DNA from: Giardia intestinalis
Taxonomy: Eukaryota
Strand: one strand, 5' to 3'
Assembly: GCA_000002435.2 (NCBI GenBank)
Contig: AACB03000016.1
DNA: 10,865 nt
Shown piece after piece: positions 9,153-10,865 of this stretch. Under the pieces are notes generated by a model. The model ran no database searches and had not been told where the DNA came from. It saw nothing but the letters and a program-made list of their open reading frames with translations. Positions within the stretch are counted from its first letter, which is position 1. Every line of letters starts with the position of its first letter. The translations under genes were made by a program, and so were the position numbers.

Positions 9153-9224
9153 GGTCGGTTAGCTCAGTCGGTAGAGCGTCAGTCTGATAAGCTGAAGGTC
9201 GGGGGTTCGAGCCCCCACCGACCA
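9153..9224 (+). tRNA. Complete tRNA gene, Ile-type with anticodon GAU (isoleucine, reads AUC/AUU). It is the terminal, intact member of the 84-bp array.
   Basis: The cloverleaf was read by hand. Acceptor GGTCGGT / ACCGACC, 7 bp. D arm GCTC-AGTCGGTA-GAGC. Anticodon arm TCAGT-CTGATAA-GCTGA, with U33 and anticodon GAT at 34-36. Variable loop AGGTC. T arm GGGGG-TTCGAG(C)-CCCCC. Discriminator A at 9224. There is no encoded CCA, as expected for a eukaryote. The overall sequence is close to eukaryotic tRNA-Ile(AAU) and bacterial tRNA-Ile(GAU) (CTGATAAG...AGGTCGG.GGTTCGAG). The T loop is 1 nt shorter than canonical: 6 nt if the stem is GGGGG/CCCCC. That may be a C-run undercall, since homopolymer-length noise is evident elsewhere in the window. 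Confidence 0.75.
9160..9212 (+). promoter_or_regulatory. Internal Pol III promoter elements of the complete tRNA. A box TAGCTCAGTCGG at 9160-9171. B box GGTTCGAGCCC at 9203-9213, approximately.
   Basis: Matches to the A-box consensus TRGCNNAGTGG and B-box consensus GGTTCGANTCC. The 31 truncated units each keep an A box but have no B box. No run of four or more T follows the tRNA; there is only cacTTTgtcTTcc. Confidence 0.5.
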
Positions 9225-9240
9225 CTTTGTCTTCCATAAT

Positions 9241-9295
9241 GGGTCCTCTGTGGTGGGTCCTCTGTGGTGGGTCCTCTGTGGTGGGTCCTCGTGAG
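9241..9295. repeat. 15-bp minisatellite gggtcctctgtggtg, about 3.6 copies, 17 bp downstream of the tRNA 3' end.
   Basis: Direct reading: gggtcctctgtggtg at 9241, 9256 and 9271, with a partial copy gggtcctcgt at 9286. Confidence 0.9.
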
Positions 9296-9792
9296 CCTGG
9301 ACGGGCAGTCGTGCCTAGGGGAGTGCACCGGGGACAAAGTGGTGGGAGAGGTGTCCGGCGGCGTGCGGAGGTGCTGGTGCGAGCGGGGCCTCCTGCCGGC
9401 ACTGGACAGATCCGAGTGTGTGCCCGCAGCTGAGTGTCCCCCTGATATATACTCATGACGTTTCCACAATTCTTCATAGAGTTGTGAATATCTGATATCT
9501 TTAAAAGTAGTCACAAATTGTATGCATTTGCTATGACGATCCTTGCACAGATTGTTATTAAATATTGCTAAAACTAACCGTGTGTTCAATCTTCAAATAA
9601 AAGATTTAGATCTAAATAACAACATACATTTGGACACAGCCTTCTGAGAGCGCCAACTACTTTCACGTTTTAATCTTGTCCTCATCTCTACTTCTAATTC
9701 TAGACAAGTTCCATTTCGCTGATTGCCTAACTTTTAGTAAACCAAGGCGCTGCAAATTATCACTATATCAAACTTCTAATGTCTTAGAGTTC

Positions 9793-9799
9793 CTTTACT
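9793..9799 (-). promoter_or_regulatory. Possible polyadenylation signal AGTAAAG on the minus strand, 13 nt after the AP-sigma stop codon. It matches the Giardia AGTRAAY consensus at 6 of 7 positions.
   Basis: The reverse complement of ctttact at 9793-9799 reads AGTAAAG. The call is only meaningful if the organism is Giardia-like. Confidence 0.25.
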
Positions 9800-9812
9800 T
9801 AACTGTAGATGC

Positions 9813-10257
9813 TTAATTAATATTTGCAAGCTCAAACTGATCGTGCGCTGTTGACGCCTTGACGATGGCTTTGGTAGATGCTTCGCAAAAGCGCCCATTC
9901 ATTATTATTTCATCTAAGACATGATATGCCTTAAGGTAGTTGAAAATAAGGTCAAGCTCGCTTACACCTCCAAAGTATCTATCGAGACACGTAGCAAAGA
10001 AGTGGATCATTTCATGTGCTAGTAGCTTGTTGTCTGAATTCTCAACTGCAAAGACAATCGTAAGGTCTGCATACTGCCTTAAGATAAGAGAACCCTCTAT
10101 CCCAGTCGATAATCCCATTAGAAAGCGAGGCGTGGAGCTTCACAGTCCGTATAGCAAGCTGAATTGCGGCGGCTTGCTCAGCTGCCAGTAGGACCTTATA
10201 CCACTTGAGCAGCCGGATCTCGCTCTGTCCGTTGAATATGAGAACAAATTCAATCAT
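9813..10257 (-). CDS. Adaptor protein (AP) complex sigma small subunit, clathrin-adaptor sigma-adaptin family. About 147 aa, with one frameshift near 10094-10100. Best reconstruction: ...IIDWDRG/SLILRQYADL... if one base is removed from the ggg or tt run.
   Basis: The two minus ORFs 10042..10257 (MIEFVLIFNGQSEIRLLKWY...IIDWDRG) and 9813..10118 (...SLILRQYADLTIVFAVENSDNKLLAHEMIHFFATCLDRYFGGVSELDLIFNYLKAYHVLDEIIMNG...) overlap in different frames. Joined, they align colinearly with sigma-adaptins, for example the motifs MIxFxLxxNRxGKxRLxKWY, the YKRYAxLYFxxxxExxDNEL motif, and YFGNVCELDLIFNFxKxYxILDE. The stop TAA is at 9813-9815. The ATG at 10255-10257 is immediately preceded by an AT-rich tract, TTTAAAATAAATG. 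Confidence 0.8.
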
Positions 10258-10331
10258 TTATTTTAAACAAAAACATTGTTTATGAGCAAGGGATCTGAGA
10301 AGGGTGACACGCCAGCGATAGCCATGCTAAA
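10258..10331. promoter_or_regulatory. 74-bp divergent intergenic region between the AP-sigma gene (minus) and the downstream ORF (plus). AT-rich, initiator-like tracts abut both ATGs: ...gtttaaaataaATG on the minus side and ...gctaaaATG on the plus side.
   Basis: Very short 5' leaders and AT-rich tracts directly on the start codons are the known promoter style of Giardia and other diplomonads. The evidence is compositional only. Confidence 0.35.
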
Positions 10332-10865
10332 ATGCGTGAAGAAAGCTGTGATCCGACACTATTTGGAGTTTATGACGGGTATAGGGATATCATAGTGATC
10401 AAGTATGATCCAGAGAGTGAGACTCTCGTTAACTTCACAATAGATGAGCTACGCACCATTAGAATGCCTCAGTACAGAAGTATCCTTCTCAGGTATGAAA
10501 ACATACCCATCACTAATGTCCACTTTGGAACTGTGGTACGAAAATGCAGTGACCTATCTCTTGATGACTTGACGGCCTCTCCTGTTACTCCAGAGCTCTG
10601 CACGAAAATATTCATTGATCCAGAAACTAAAGCCCTTCCACCAATTCTAATTTATATCCCAACATGGGCTACGCAATCAGACACACCCGACTCTTCTAGT
10701 TCACTTCCGATTAATGCCCACATTATTTCTGCATTGTTAGAGAACTCTCCAATTGTCGCTATCTGCAAATCGTTTACTAATATAGACAGTTTAACATTCA
10801 AACCAATTTCAAGAAAATCTGTTCCGCAGATCTCTGATACACCTGGAGCAAGGCCAGATCCTGCC
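10332..10865 (+). CDS. Hypothetical protein. 3' partial ORF, open to the window end, with no stop from 10308 to 10865. First in-frame ATG at 10332, giving at least 178 aa (MREESCDPTLFGVYDGYRDIIVIKYDPESETLVNFTIDELRTIRMPQYRSILLRYENIPITNVHFGTVVRKCSDLSLDDL...). No recognisable family.
   Basis: Hand translation of the frame containing 10332, 10464 and so on, checked codon by codon. It is absent from the ORF track, apparently because the track omits edge-truncated ORFs. An upstream ATG at 10282 lies in another frame and is closed after 38 aa. A homopolymer frameshift joining the two frames cannot be excluded. Confidence 0.5.
   Translation, partial: MREESCDPTLFGVYDGYRDIIVIKYDPESETLVNFTIDELRTIRMPQYRSILLRYENIPITNVHFGTVVRKCSDLSLDDLTASPVTPELCTKIFIDPETKALPPILIYIPTWATQSDTPDSSSSLPINAHIISALLENSPIVAICKSFTNIDSLTFKPISRKSVPQISDTPGARPDPA

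Noticed and set aside
6513-9224. A CRISPR-like repeat-spacer appearance in the 84-bp array.
   Set aside because: All the apparent spacers are identical to each other, the sequence context is eukaryotic, and one half of every unit is a tRNA fragment. This is a satellite, not a CRISPR array.
9264-9458. 64-aa ORF with a Cys pattern reminiscent of a TIL/VWC-type domain (RCWCERGLLPALDRSECVPAAECP).
   Set aside because: It is short and sits in GC-rich non-coding-looking sequence directly after a tRNA and a minisatellite. The pervasive CpG is inconsistent with a vertebrate origin. It is most likely a chance match.
9076-9589. Minus-strand ORFs 9076..9477 and 9179..9589 overlapping the tRNA and array.
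   Set aside because: They run antisense through a tRNA gene and a minisatellite and give low-complexity translations. They are chance ORFs.

Overview
The window is eukaryotic and intron-poor, has frequent CpG, and looks most like a diplomonad (Giardia-like) locus. That call is an inference from gene architecture, not a database hit. Five blocks, left to right: (1) 1-3654, minus strand: the 5' two-thirds of a large cysteine-rich surface-protein gene (CXXC and GGCY motifs, Giardia VSP / high-cysteine membrane protein style). A unique 42-aa signal-peptide-like N-terminus starts at the ATG at 3654. The rest of the gene is at least 6.8 near-identical tandem copies of a 516-bp (172-aa) unit, and the gene runs off the left edge. 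Copies toward the left carry single-base deletions, almost all in homopolymers, that break the frame after position ~2120. (2) 3655-6510: about 2.9 kb of ~60% GC sequence with no credible coding signal. It contains a solitary degenerate copy of a tRNA 5' portion at 3935. (3) 6513-9224, plus strand: 31 near-perfect tandem copies of an 84-bp unit. Each unit is the first 46 nt of a tRNA (acceptor 5' strand, D arm, anticodon arm, anticodon GAU) fused to a 38-nt G-rich spacer. The array ends in one complete copy of the same tRNA, Ile(GAU)-like, at 9153-9224. A 15-bp minisatellite follows. Because 84 = 28 codons, the array yields an artefactual 742-aa ORF. (4) About 9460 the composition switches abruptly to ~33% GC. 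(5) 9813-10257, minus strand: an adaptor-protein (AP) complex sigma small-subunit gene, intact except for one homopolymer-associated frameshift. It is divergently paired, across a 74-bp AT-rich intergenic region, with a plus-strand ORF (10332 to past the window end) that the ORF track missed because it is edge-truncated. The finding most worth follow-up is the tRNA-half satellite next to a variant-surface-protein-like gene.
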